Source of the DNA: Vulcanimicrobiales bacterium
Lineage (GTDB): Bacteria > Vulcanimicrobiota > Vulcanimicrobiia > Vulcanimicrobiales > Vulcanimicrobiaceae
NCBI GenBank assembly: GCA_038231455.1
Contig: JBBRLI010000013.1
Span: 1 to 64,000 of the forward strand
Reading direction: 5' to 3'
Length of the DNA: 64,000 bases
Part shown: positions 1 through 8,450 of the stretch, in pieces
Layout of the letters: each line of letters opens with the position of its first letter
How positions within the stretch are numbered: the stretch's first letter is position 1
Made by a program: the position numbers and the translations under genes
Notes under the pieces: generated by a model
What the model was told of the DNA's origin: nothing
The model's database searches: none
The model's input: the letters and a program-made list of their open reading frames with translations, nothing else

Positions 1-24
1 ATAAATGTTCGCCGGTTTTAGGAC

Positions 25-1499
25 GTGATTCCCTTGGCATCCGCTGATACTCCGTTACTCGTACCGCAGCGGTTTCGTGCTTCCGAAGAATCGACTGCCC
101 ACCGACTCTTCGAGAAGATCCGCAGCGGGCACGCGATGGTCGGAGTGCTCGGCTTGGGCTATGTGGGATTGCCACTGGCGATCGAGTTCGCCAAACATTT
201 TCCGACCGTCGGGTTCGATATCAATGCGGAGCGCATTCGCGCTCTGAGCGCAGGCCAGTCGTACATCGGTGACGTGCCGAGTAGCGACATCGTCCGGGCG
301 ACGGCGGACGGTTCGCTTCGCGCAACGTGCGACTTCGCATTGCTGGCTTCATGCGATTGCCTCATCATTTGCGTTCCGACGCCGCTTGAAGCCGGCAAAC
401 TTCCGGATATCTCGTACATCGTCTCCGCTGCAGACGCCATCGCAGCGCATCTTCGCCCAGGTCAACTGATCGTATTAGAATCCACGACGTACCCCGGAAC
501 GACCGACGAGACGCTGCTCCCGATGTTTATCAGAACCTGGACGATGATTTTCTTTTGGCGTTTTCTCCGGAGCGGGTCGACCCCGGGAATCCCCACTATA
601 AGATCGCCGATATCCCGAAGATCGTCGGAGGTTGTTCGGAACAGTCGAGTCTGGCCGCCTCACTCCTGTACGGGAAGATCGTGCCATTCGTGCACGTGGT
701 CAGCTCACCGCGCGTCGCGGAAACGGCGAAGCTCTGGGAAAACACGTTTCGCGCCGTCAACATCGCACTGGCAAACGAGATGTCGTTGCTTTGCCGTCAT
801 CTCGGAATTACGACAGCCGAGGTCATCGAAGCCGCGGCTACCAAACCGTTCGGCTTCATGCCGTTCTACCCGGGACCGGGCGTTGGCGGCCACTGCATTC
901 CGCTCGATCCGCGCTACCTTTCTTGGGCGGCGTCCAAGTATGGTTACTATCCGCGATTCATTACGCTCGCCGAAGATATCAACGGTGAGATGACGGATCA
1001 CGTCGTCGATCTCGTCTGCGATGCCCTCAATGAGGACGGGCTTGCGATGTCGCGCTCGCGGATTCTGGTCATCGGCGTTGCCTACAAGGCCGATGTCGAG
1101 GATGTCCGCATGAGCCCGGCTATTCCGATTATCGAGCGTCTGCGCGCGAAGGGGTGTGACGTTCGCTATCACGATCCGTTCGTTCCGCGCATTCAAGTTG
1201 ACGAGGTCGACCAGCCTCCAGCGCCGCGCCGCGATCTGCGGCGGCATCCGCTCGAACGTCGCCAAACGACCTCCGAGGATCTCGCGAGCTCTGTTTCCGA
1301 GGGACGGCGGCGCGCAGATCCCTTAGAATCGTGCGCCTTGACCGAACGGGAACTTCTCGATGCGGCGTGCGTGCTGGTGATTACCGGTCATTCCGCGATC
1401 GACTACGGGCGGATTGCGCGCGAGGCCAAGCTCGTCGTTGACACACGCAATGTCGTACCGCGCATCGAGGGGGCGCGAGCACGTTTGGTAGCGTTGTGA
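25..1499 (+). pseudogene. Nucleotide-sugar (UDP-GlcNAc/UDP-ManNAc-type) 6-dehydrogenase, split by a frameshift near 528-536 (pseudogene or assembly error)
   Basis: ORF 25.. has Rossmann GLGYVG, ICVPTP and ESTTYPGTT. The family continuation LDDDFLLAFSPERVDPGN, GGHCIPLDP and GVAYKADV lies in the frame of ORF 555..1499. Confidence 0.85.
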
Positions 1500-2482
1500 G
1501 CACCGTTCTCATAACCGGCGGTGCGGGGTTCATTGGCTCGCATTTGAGCGATGCGTATCTTGCCGCAGGCTGGAAGGTCATCGCCCTCGACGATCTCTCA
1601 ACCGGCTCGCTACTCAATCTTCGAAGCGCGTTGCAATCGCCGAACTTCGAATTGTTGGAGGGCGACGTCTGCAATGAATCCCTCGTTTCTTCAGCCGTGT
1701 CGCGCTGCGACCTTGTCGTTCACCTCGCGGCCCGAATCGGGGTCAAGCTCGTGATCGAAAGCCCACTCCAGACGCTTGAATCGAATGCCAAGGGTTCTGA
1801 GGTCGTTCTGCGCTTCGCGACCGCCGCGAGAGTGCGCCTCATCTTCGCCTCGACATCGGAGGTCTACGGACTTGCAACGAAGTTCCCGTCGCATGAGGAC
1901 GATGCGATCACGTTCGGTTCGCCCGCGATCGGACGCTGGAGTTATGCGTGCTCGAAGGCGTATGATGAATTTCTCGCGCTCGCTCTTGCACGCGAGCGCG
2001 GCCTGCCCGCAACCGTCGTGCGTCTCTTCAATACGGTTGGGCCGCGACAATCAGCCCGCTACGGGATGGTTCTTCCTCGATTTGTGCGCCAGGCTCTTGC
2101 GGGCGAAGCATTGACCGTTTACGGCGACGGGAGCCAAACGCGCTGCTTTGGATTCGTGTCGGATATCGTTTGGGCACTCCGCAAGCTCGCGGCTGAGCCG
2201 TGCTCCTTAGGCAAGATTTTCAACCTCGGATGTCCCGATGAAATTACGATCCTCGAACTCGCGCGTCACGTTCTAGCCGCAACGCAATCCAGCTCCGCTA
2301 TCGAATTCGTCCCGTTTTCGGAAGCCTACGGTGTCGGATTCGAAGAAGTCGTAAAACGCATCCCGGATATCCGCAAAATCAGCGCCCTCGTGGGATTCAA
2401 GCCCAGTGCCTCGATCGACGATATCATTCGTGCCGTCGTCCAATCGCAGCGCGATGAGCGCGGCGTTGCCGCTCGCACGTGA
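1496..2482 (+). CDS. NAD-dependent nucleotide-sugar epimerase/dehydratase (extended SDR)
   Basis: TGGAGFIGSHL, HLAA, STSEVYG, YACSK (YxxxK), RLFNTVGP, GDGSQTR. GTG overlaps the upstream TGA. Confidence 0.9.
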   Translation: MSTVLITGGAGFIGSHLSDAYLAAGWKVIALDDLSTGSLLNLRSALQSPNFELLEGDVCNESLVSSAVSRCDLVVHLAARIGVKLVIESPLQTLESNAKGSEVVLRFATAARVRLIFASTSEVYGLATKFPSHEDDAITFGSPAIGRWSYACSKAYDEFLALALARERGLPATVVRLFNTVGPRQSARYGMVLPRFVRQALAGEALTVYGDGSQTRCFGFVSDIVWALRKLAAEPCSLGKIFNLGCPDEITILELARHVLAATQSSSAIEFVPFSEAYGVGFEEVVKRIPDIRKISALVGFKPSASIDDIIRAVVQSQRDERGVAART

Positions 2483-3258
2483 AAGTCGCTGCGCTTGCGG
2501 CTCTCGCGTTTTTTGCATTGTCGGGTCGAGCCGGTGCTGCAGATCCCGAACCTTCGCCAACACCGAGTATCACGATCGAAACGGGTGGTTCGAGCGAACA
2601 CCTGACGAGTGGCAACGGTGATTGGAATAGCTCGTACATCACCGTCGTGCAGCAAGCTGCCCCGCGACGTGCGATCTACGCCGAGCTTTCCAACCATGCG
2701 CGATTCCGGCAGATTGATCCGTTGTACACCGCTGGGGCGTACGTGCAACCTTCAGCAAACACCATTCTCAACATCGAAGCGAATCTAAGTCCCACGCACA
2801 TCGTTCTTCCGGGCGTCGAATTGAGTGCCTCGCTCGAGCATCGTCTTGCGGACGGCTGGGGTTATGCGCTCGGCCTTGACGATCGTGCCTACACATCCCT
2901 GAACGTTCACGGAGAATCGCTGCTCGTCGACCGCTATTGGCACGCAAATCGCGTCGCATACAAATTCTCCGGCGTCCAGCTTTCGAATGTCAGCGGTTCG
3001 GCCGTGTCACACGCGCTGCTGTTCACTCGCTATTATGGGGTTGGACAGCTCAGCCAACTGACACTTTCGGTCACTGCCGGACGGGAAGCTGAAAATACGG
3101 GCAGCGCGGTTCTCGTCTCGGCGGTGAGGGGGGCGAGTCTGGGCGGCGCGCACTGGCTCGGCCAGCATTGGGCGCTCTCGTGGTCGCTCGCAACAACGCG
3201 TCAAGGCACACTCTACTCCCGATCTGGTTTTCAACTTGGTATCCGTCGCCGACTTTAA
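2479..3258 (+). CDS. YaiO-family outer-membrane beta-barrel protein
   Basis: Signal peptide ending AGA, alternating amphipathic beta-strand pattern, and position before HEAT and GT2 genes typical of yaiO loci. Confidence 0.7.
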   Translation: MKVAALAALAFFALSGRAGAADPEPSPTPSITIETGGSSEHLTSGNGDWNSSYITVVQQAAPRRAIYAELSNHARFRQIDPLYTAGAYVQPSANTILNIEANLSPTHIVLPGVELSASLEHRLADGWGYALGLDDRAYTSLNVHGESLLVDRYWHANRVAYKFSGVQLSNVSGSAVSHALLFTRYYGVGQLSQLTLSVTAGREAENTGSAVLVSAVRGASLGGAHWLGQHWALSWSLATTRQGTLYSRSGFQLGIRRRL

Positions 3259-4387
3259 CATCTTCATCGTGCTGATGTTCTGGAGCACGATCGCTACGTT
3301 CATCATGTCGTTCTGCCTGATGATGCTCGCGCTTGGGCTGCGAATTCGGTCGGTCTTCGTTTCGAGGCGTATCAAGCGGGTGCTAACGCAGTGGCGCGCC
3401 GTCTTCACTGGCGCCGTCGTCGAAAGCCAGACGCCAATTCGCCGCAATGACGCGTTTACGATTCTGAGCCTGTGGAATGACTTTCACCGGGTTCGCACGG
3501 CGAGCGCGGGCATGAGCGCAGCGTCGCTTCAGGAAGTCGCGCAAACCTATCACTTCATGGGTCTCGCGCGCTGGCTCTTGGGTCGCGACGCGGGCGACAA
3601 GCTCGTCGCGCTTGCGACAATCGGTTACATCCGCGAGGAAGAAGCGCTTCCTCAGATTTGCGATCTTCTCGATGACCGGCTGGGCGAAATTTCCCTCGCG
3701 GCGTACCGTGCACTCGTGCTGATCCACCCACTGGAGACGGACCGGCTCGCGCGCGCGATTGCCGTGCGCGATGACTGGCGCTCGACCACCGTCGAGCAGC
3801 TCTTGCAGGAGCTCGGGCCGGATCTCATTTCGCCCGCACTCGTCAACGCCGCGCGCGATGCCGACGAAGCGCAACTCATCGCACTACTGCGCTACTTCCC
3901 CTTGGGCGACTCCACGATTTGCTGCGAAACGCTCAGCGCTCTTCTCGAACGCCACGACGAACCAAACGTGCTCGCAGCCGCACTACGAGCTGCAGCCGCC
4001 CACGCCGACCCGCGATACGGGCTGGCCATTCGGGAACTCTTGGCCCACGACGCACCTTTTGTGCGCGTTGCCGCACTCGGTGCGTTACGACCGATCTGTG
4101 GCGACGACGACCTGCAAACGGTCCTGAGGATGCTGGGCGATCGAGATTCTTGGGTGCGTTACCGTGCGGCGCAGACGATTGTCGAGTGCTTCACGCACGA
4201 GGACTACGCCGGCCACGTGCAACGCGAAATCGCGGATCGGTTCGCGCGCGATGCGCTCAATCAAGTCTTGGCAGAACGCTCCGTTCTGGCAAGTCAAGCA
4301 GCGAGTCGCGCCACCGAAGAAACGACGACAGAACGCCGGGGCATCGAGCGCCGTCCGGTCGATGCCATGCGTTCTGGGGTGCTTTGA
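3236..4387 (+). CDS. Membrane-anchored HEAT-repeat protein
   Basis: N-terminal TM helix; HEAT-like repeats LLAHDAPFVRVAALGAL and LGDRDSWVRYRAAQTI. Start uncertain. Confidence 0.75.
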   Translation: MVSVADFNIFIVLMFWSTIATFIMSFCLMMLALGLRIRSVFVSRRIKRVLTQWRAVFTGAVVESQTPIRRNDAFTILSLWNDFHRVRTASAGMSAASLQEVAQTYHFMGLARWLLGRDAGDKLVALATIGYIREEEALPQICDLLDDRLGEISLAAYRALVLIHPLETDRLARAIAVRDDWRSTTVEQLLQELGPDLISPALVNAARDADEAQLIALLRYFPLGDSTICCETLSALLERHDEPNVLAAALRAAAAHADPRYGLAIRELLAHDAPFVRVAALGALRPICGDDDLQTVLRMLGDRDSWVRYRAAQTIVECFTHEDYAGHVQREIADRFARDALNQVLAERSVLASQAASRATEETTTERRGIERRPVDAMRSGVL

Positions 4388-5823
4388 TGCCCTTTAGCTC
4401 GCACGTAATTCACAGCCGCACCGAGTCCGACGTCGTCATCCTGATCGAGCTTGCTTTCTTTCTCTACTTCCTTTTTACCAACGCATTTTACATACTCACG
4501 GTCCTCATCGCGCTCTTCACGCTCCCGCGCTTCGTGAAGTTGCACCGTGCCGATCCGATTCACTACGTGTATTCCGTCCTCGAACTGCCGGTTTCGGTCA
4601 TCATCCCCGCCTACAACGAATCCGAAAGCATAATCGAGACCGTAAGCTCACTGTTGGAACAAAAGTATAGCCAACACGAAGTGATCGTCGTCAATGACGG
4701 ATCGACCGATCATATGTTGGACATCCTGCGCGAGCATTGGTCGCTCGAACCGTTTCCGGAGGCGTATCGGGTGCTACTCGAAACGAAGGACATCCGCGGA
4801 ATCTACCAATCCCGAACGCACGCACATTTGCGGGTGATCGACAAGGCGAACGGCGGCAAAGCCGATGCACTTAACGCTGGGATCAACGCCGCCCGTTATC
4901 CGATCGTCTTTGTGTGCGATGGCGACTCGTATTACACCCCGGACGCCCTTGCGTGCCTCGTCGAACCGATGGTGAAAGATCCGCGAACGGTCGCAAGCGG
5001 CGGTGCGATCGGCGTCTCCAACGACTGCATTTTCAAAGATGGGCAAATCATACAACGCCGCTTGAGTAAACGCTGGATTGTCCGCTTTCAAGTCTTGGAA
5101 TACATGCGAGCGTTCCTTGCCTCGCGCCTGGGGTGGGCACCGCTCAACGCGCTGGGTATTGTCTCGGGCGCTTGCGGTCTCTTTCGCAAGAGCGTCTTGG
5201 TTGACGCGGGAGGCTTTCGCGCTGACACGGTCGTTGAGGATATGGAGATCACTCTGCGCGTGCATCATCTCATGCGCAGCCGCGGAACGCCGTACCGTAT
5301 CGCATTCACTCCGTTCATCGTGTGCTGGACTCGCGTGCCCGATACGCTGCGCACGCTATGGCAACAGCGCATCACCTGGCATCGGCACGTCGGTGAGTCC
5401 ATGGTGATCCACCGCGGGATGCTCCTTGGCCGTTTCGGTACGGTTGGCTGGCTCGCATATCCATACTTCGTTTTAGCAGAATGGATTTATCCAATTATGG
5501 TGCTGTCCGGATTTCTCTTCGGGCTCATCGCCGCGTACTTCGGCTTTCTCTCGTACTATTCGCAATTTGTGTTACTCGGCTTGGTCTTTGTGCTCGCACT
5601 TGCGCTATGCATGGCGGCGATCATGCTCGATGAGCTTTCATTCAACACCTATAGTGCCGCCGATCTGCTCATTCTGCTCTTCGCTTCGGTTCTCGAGCTT
5701 TTCGGATTCCGGCAGTTTTGCATGATCGCAAACTTTGTCGGCGGTTGGGCATGGTTTGCCGGCTGGCCGATTCGTGGCCGCGCGTCCATTCCGGGGTGGC
5801 GTTTCCCACCGTACAAGCCGTGA
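4387..5823 (+). CDS. Processive GT2 glycosyltransferase (PgaC/IcaA-like polysaccharide synthase)
   Basis: IPAYNE, VNDGSTD, NGGKADALNAG, DGDS, VEDME and QRITW (QxxRW variant), with N- and C-terminal TM helices. ATG 4387 overlaps the HEAT gene TGA. Confidence 0.88.
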   Translation: MPFSSHVIHSRTESDVVILIELAFFLYFLFTNAFYILTVLIALFTLPRFVKLHRADPIHYVYSVLELPVSVIIPAYNESESIIETVSSLLEQKYSQHEVIVVNDGSTDHMLDILREHWSLEPFPEAYRVLLETKDIRGIYQSRTHAHLRVIDKANGGKADALNAGINAARYPIVFVCDGDSYYTPDALACLVEPMVKDPRTVASGGAIGVSNDCIFKDGQIIQRRLSKRWIVRFQVLEYMRAFLASRLGWAPLNALGIVSGACGLFRKSVLVDAGGFRADTVVEDMEITLRVHHLMRSRGTPYRIAFTPFIVCWTRVPDTLRTLWQQRITWHRHVGESMVIHRGMLLGRFGTVGWLAYPYFVLAEWIYPIMVLSGFLFGLIAAYFGFLSYYSQFVLLGLVFVLALALCMAAIMLDELSFNTYSAADLLILLFASVLELFGFRQFCMIANFVGGWAWFAGWPIRGRASIPGWRFPPYKP

Positions 5824-5954
5824 ACGGGCCCCGAATCGACCGGGCGACGATCGGTTTACGTTTACATCACGAAGGGGCGGTCGCAATCGATACGCGAATG
5901 CGACTGGCTTGACATGGCCGCGTTATGGCTTTCTTTGTTCGATCGGAGCGGGTG

Positions 5955-6450
5955 ATGAAACGTATCGTGATCGCGGCTGGCTTGTGTGCCGCCCTATCTT
6001 CGTCGGCGGTGGCTGCAGACGTCCTCCCGGCGAAGGCGTCGCGTTCGATCAGGTCGATATCGTGGCGATGGGCACGTATGGGTCAACGCCGCAAGATTTC
6101 TCGCGCGATGCAGCGGCGCTGACCGCTGCGGCAGCCAACCCTACGGCGCCAGGGTTTACCTTTCAGGGGCAATAACGCAGTTTCTACCAACGGATTTGAG
6201 CAAGCTCCCGTTTTTCAGTCCAAAAGGCTGCATGATCGACAGTTTTAGTGGGCAGTTCACTCATTTCGCAAGTAGCTTCGCCCTGACGGGATTCTACTTG
6301 TACCGTCGCATTCGGGTCAGTCTTAATCCCGGCGCCGGGATACCAAGCTTCACGCCGACAGTCATTTCAGAACGCGGCAACCTGCGCGATCTGACGGATG
6401 CCGATTCAGCGCTGTTCACGATTCCCGCCGACTATACACCGCTCCCATAG
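5955..6450 (+). pseudogene. Secreted hypothetical protein interrupted by two single-base frameshifts
   Basis: SD GGAG, then signal peptide MKRIVIAAGLCAALSSSAVA. Coding continues after -1 shifts at the C-run 6026-6028 and the G-run 6166-6169, ending ...ERGNLRDLTDADSALFTIPADYTPLP. Confidence 0.55.
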
Positions 6451-6526
6451 TCATTGCTCCCTTCGCGGAACGGAAGTCGCCGGATGCGAATCTATCCAAC
6501 TTGAGCCCGATTGCGACCCTGGTGGG

Positions 6527-6555
6527 TTGTCAGGCGGGCTCGATTTGGGTAAACT
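6527..6555 (+). promoter_or_regulatory. sigma70-type promoter of tRNA-Lys(TTT)
   Basis: TTGTCA-17 nt-TAAACT, 13 nt upstream of the tRNA. Confidence 0.65.
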
Positions 6556-6568
6556 CAGACGGTTGCGT

Positions 6569-6641
6569 GCGCTTTTAGCTCAGTTGGTAGAGCATCGGAC
6601 TTTTAATCCGTTGGTCCCGGGTTCGAGTCCCGGAGGGCGCA
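6569..6641 (+). tRNA. tRNA-Lys (anticodon TTT), CCA not encoded
   Basis: Cloverleaf GCGCTTT/AGGGCGC, D-arm GCTC..GAGC, anticodon loop CTTTTAA, T-loop TTCGAGT. Confidence 0.95.
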
Positions 6642-6646
6642 GAACA

Positions 6647-6683
6647 ATTCAAAACGCCTCGCGGCAGCGCGAGGCGTTTGAAT
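6647..6683 (+). terminator. Intrinsic terminator-like hairpin after tRNA-Lys(TTT)
   Basis: AAACGCCTCGCG-GCAG-CGCGAGGCGTTT inverted repeat. Confidence 0.7.
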
Positions 6684-6689
6684 TTGTCC

Positions 6690-6718
6690 TTGCAGGCTGG
6701 CTCGATTCAGGGTAGAAT
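6690..6718 (+). promoter_or_regulatory. sigma70-type promoter of tRNA-Lys(CTT)
   Basis: TTGCAG-17 nt-TAGAAT. Confidence 0.65.
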
Positions 6719-6750
6719 CGTCGGCGAGGCCGATGAGGCCGCACCATCAC

Positions 6751-6825
<75 letters not shown>

Positions 6826-6831
6826 CCAGTC

Positions 6832-6860
6832 GAATGGCCGCCCTCCGGGGCGGTCGTTTT
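6832..6860 (+). terminator. Intrinsic terminator after tRNA-Lys(CTT)
   Basis: ATGGCCGCCC-TCCG-GGGCGGTCGT followed by TTT. Confidence 0.6.
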
Positions 6861-6871
6861 CGTTCGAAGCG

Positions 6872-8398
6872 ATGACGGCCGAGGCGCTTGCCGCGTACGA
6901 CGCCGGTCGCTGGTTCGAGGCGCTCGCGAGCGCTCGCATCGCGGTCGCAAGCGATCCGAACGATGTGGATGCGCTCGCTTTGCTGGGACGAATCGCGCTC
7001 GACGGTGACGATGTTCCTGGCGCCGTCGGGTTGCTCCGTGCGGCGCTCGTGCGCTCGCCGGATCATCCACGAGCGGCGCGGGATCTCAAACAAGCGCTCT
7101 TGGCGCGCCCCGATCCTGAGCGCGCGGCCAAGCTCTTCGCGCAGGCGTGTGCCATCGATCCTTCGATTGCCGTCCACTGCGAAATCGGTACGCTTCTGCT
7201 CGCGACACCGATGCTCGGAACGCTCGATGCGCTGGTGTGCGGGACGCTGCTCTGCGATCCCACGCTCGCCGAAGCACACGCCGCTTTGGGCGCGATACGT
7301 ATGCGTCAAAAACGCCTCATCGAAGCGCTCGCGTCTTACACGCGCGCGACGGCGCTACGACCCGATTTTGCCGAAGCGTACCTCGGGTACTCGCTGCGTG
7401 CGCGAGCGCTCGATGATGAGGGACCGGCGGCAACAGCACTGAGCGCGGCGCTTGCGATCGACCGCGTGTACGTTCGTCCTGCGCGGCGCACCGGGGCTTT
7501 GCGGGTGCTCGTTCTTCATGCGCCGGTTTCATGGGAAGATGAAGTGAGCGTCGATCTGCTGCTCGACGGCGCTTTCGAACTGATCCATCTCTATCTAGAC
7601 GAGCATCCGCTACCGGATCCGATTCCCGCACACGACGTCATCGTCAATGCGATGAGCGATTTCGAACGCTCGCGCCCGGCTCTCGAGCGCGCGCGCACGG
7701 TGATCGAGCGTTCCGCGCGTGCGGTCATCAACGAGCCCGAATGCGTGCCGCGCACGACGCGCGCCCAGCTGCACGAGCGGCTGGCGGGCATTCCCGGATT
7801 GCGCGTACCGCGAACGCGGCGGCTTCGATTTGACGAGCCGCTCGACGGAGCGACGTTGCCGGTCGTGATCCGGCCCGTCGATTCGCACGGCGGCCGCGGC
7901 GTCGCGCGGCTCGACACGCAGCATGCGCTCGATACGTACCGACTGATCACAAGCGTCCCGATGTACGACGTGAGTGATTACCTCGACTACGTAAGTCCCG
8001 ATGGATTCTATCGCAAGTATCGCGTCATGTTCGTCGGCGGAATTCCGTATGCGTATCACCTCGCGATCTCGCCGCACTGGGTCGTTCACTATTTGAGCGC
8101 GCCGATGGATCAGCACGCGTGGATGCGCGAGGAAGAAGCGCGATTTCTCGCCGACTGGACGACGGTTTTTGGCGCCCATCGCGATGCATTGTCCGCGATC
8201 GCGGAACGCTTGGGACTGGATTATTTCGGGATCGATGCGTCGATCGGGCCGTCGGGTGAGCTCATTGTGTTCGAAGCCGACGCGGCCATGTTCGTCCACT
8301 GCGAGGATTCGCCCGAGCGCTATGCCTACAAACATGAAGCGGTTCCGCGCATCTTTCGTGCATTTGGCGATCTCGTGCAAGGCCGCGCGGGCAGGTAA
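6872..8398 (+). CDS. TPR-repeat plus ATP-grasp (RimK/glutathione synthetase-like) protein
   Basis: TPR motifs (DPNDVDALALLG, RPDFAEAYLG). C-terminal ATP-grasp features: PVVIRPVDSHGGRG, YRKYRVMFVGG, LGLDYFGID, VFEAD. Confidence 0.75.
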   Translation: MTAEALAAYDAGRWFEALASARIAVASDPNDVDALALLGRIALDGDDVPGAVGLLRAALVRSPDHPRAARDLKQALLARPDPERAAKLFAQACAIDPSIAVHCEIGTLLLATPMLGTLDALVCGTLLCDPTLAEAHAALGAIRMRQKRLIEALASYTRATALRPDFAEAYLGYSLRARALDDEGPAATALSAALAIDRVYVRPARRTGALRVLVLHAPVSWEDEVSVDLLLDGAFELIHLYLDEHPLPDPIPAHDVIVNAMSDFERSRPALERARTVIERSARAVINEPECVPRTTRAQLHERLAGIPGLRVPRTRRLRFDEPLDGATLPVVIRPVDSHGGRGVARLDTQHALDTYRLITSVPMYDVSDYLDYVSPDGFYRKYRVMFVGGIPYAYHLAISPHWVVHYLSAPMDQHAWMREEEARFLADWTTVFGAHRDALSAIAERLGLDYFGIDASIGPSGELIVFEADAAMFVHCEDSPERYAYKHEAVPRIFRAFGDLVQGRAGR

Positions 8399-8450
8399 GC
8401 GCTATGCCCGGAGCGCATCGCCGGAGCTAACTCGTTTTGGAGGCCGCCTC

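Noticed and set aside
3919-4386. N-terminal extension of the GT2 ORF in the ORF track
   Set aside because: It overlaps the HEAT gene and is Arg-rich noise; ATG 4387 coupled to the HEAT stop is the better start.
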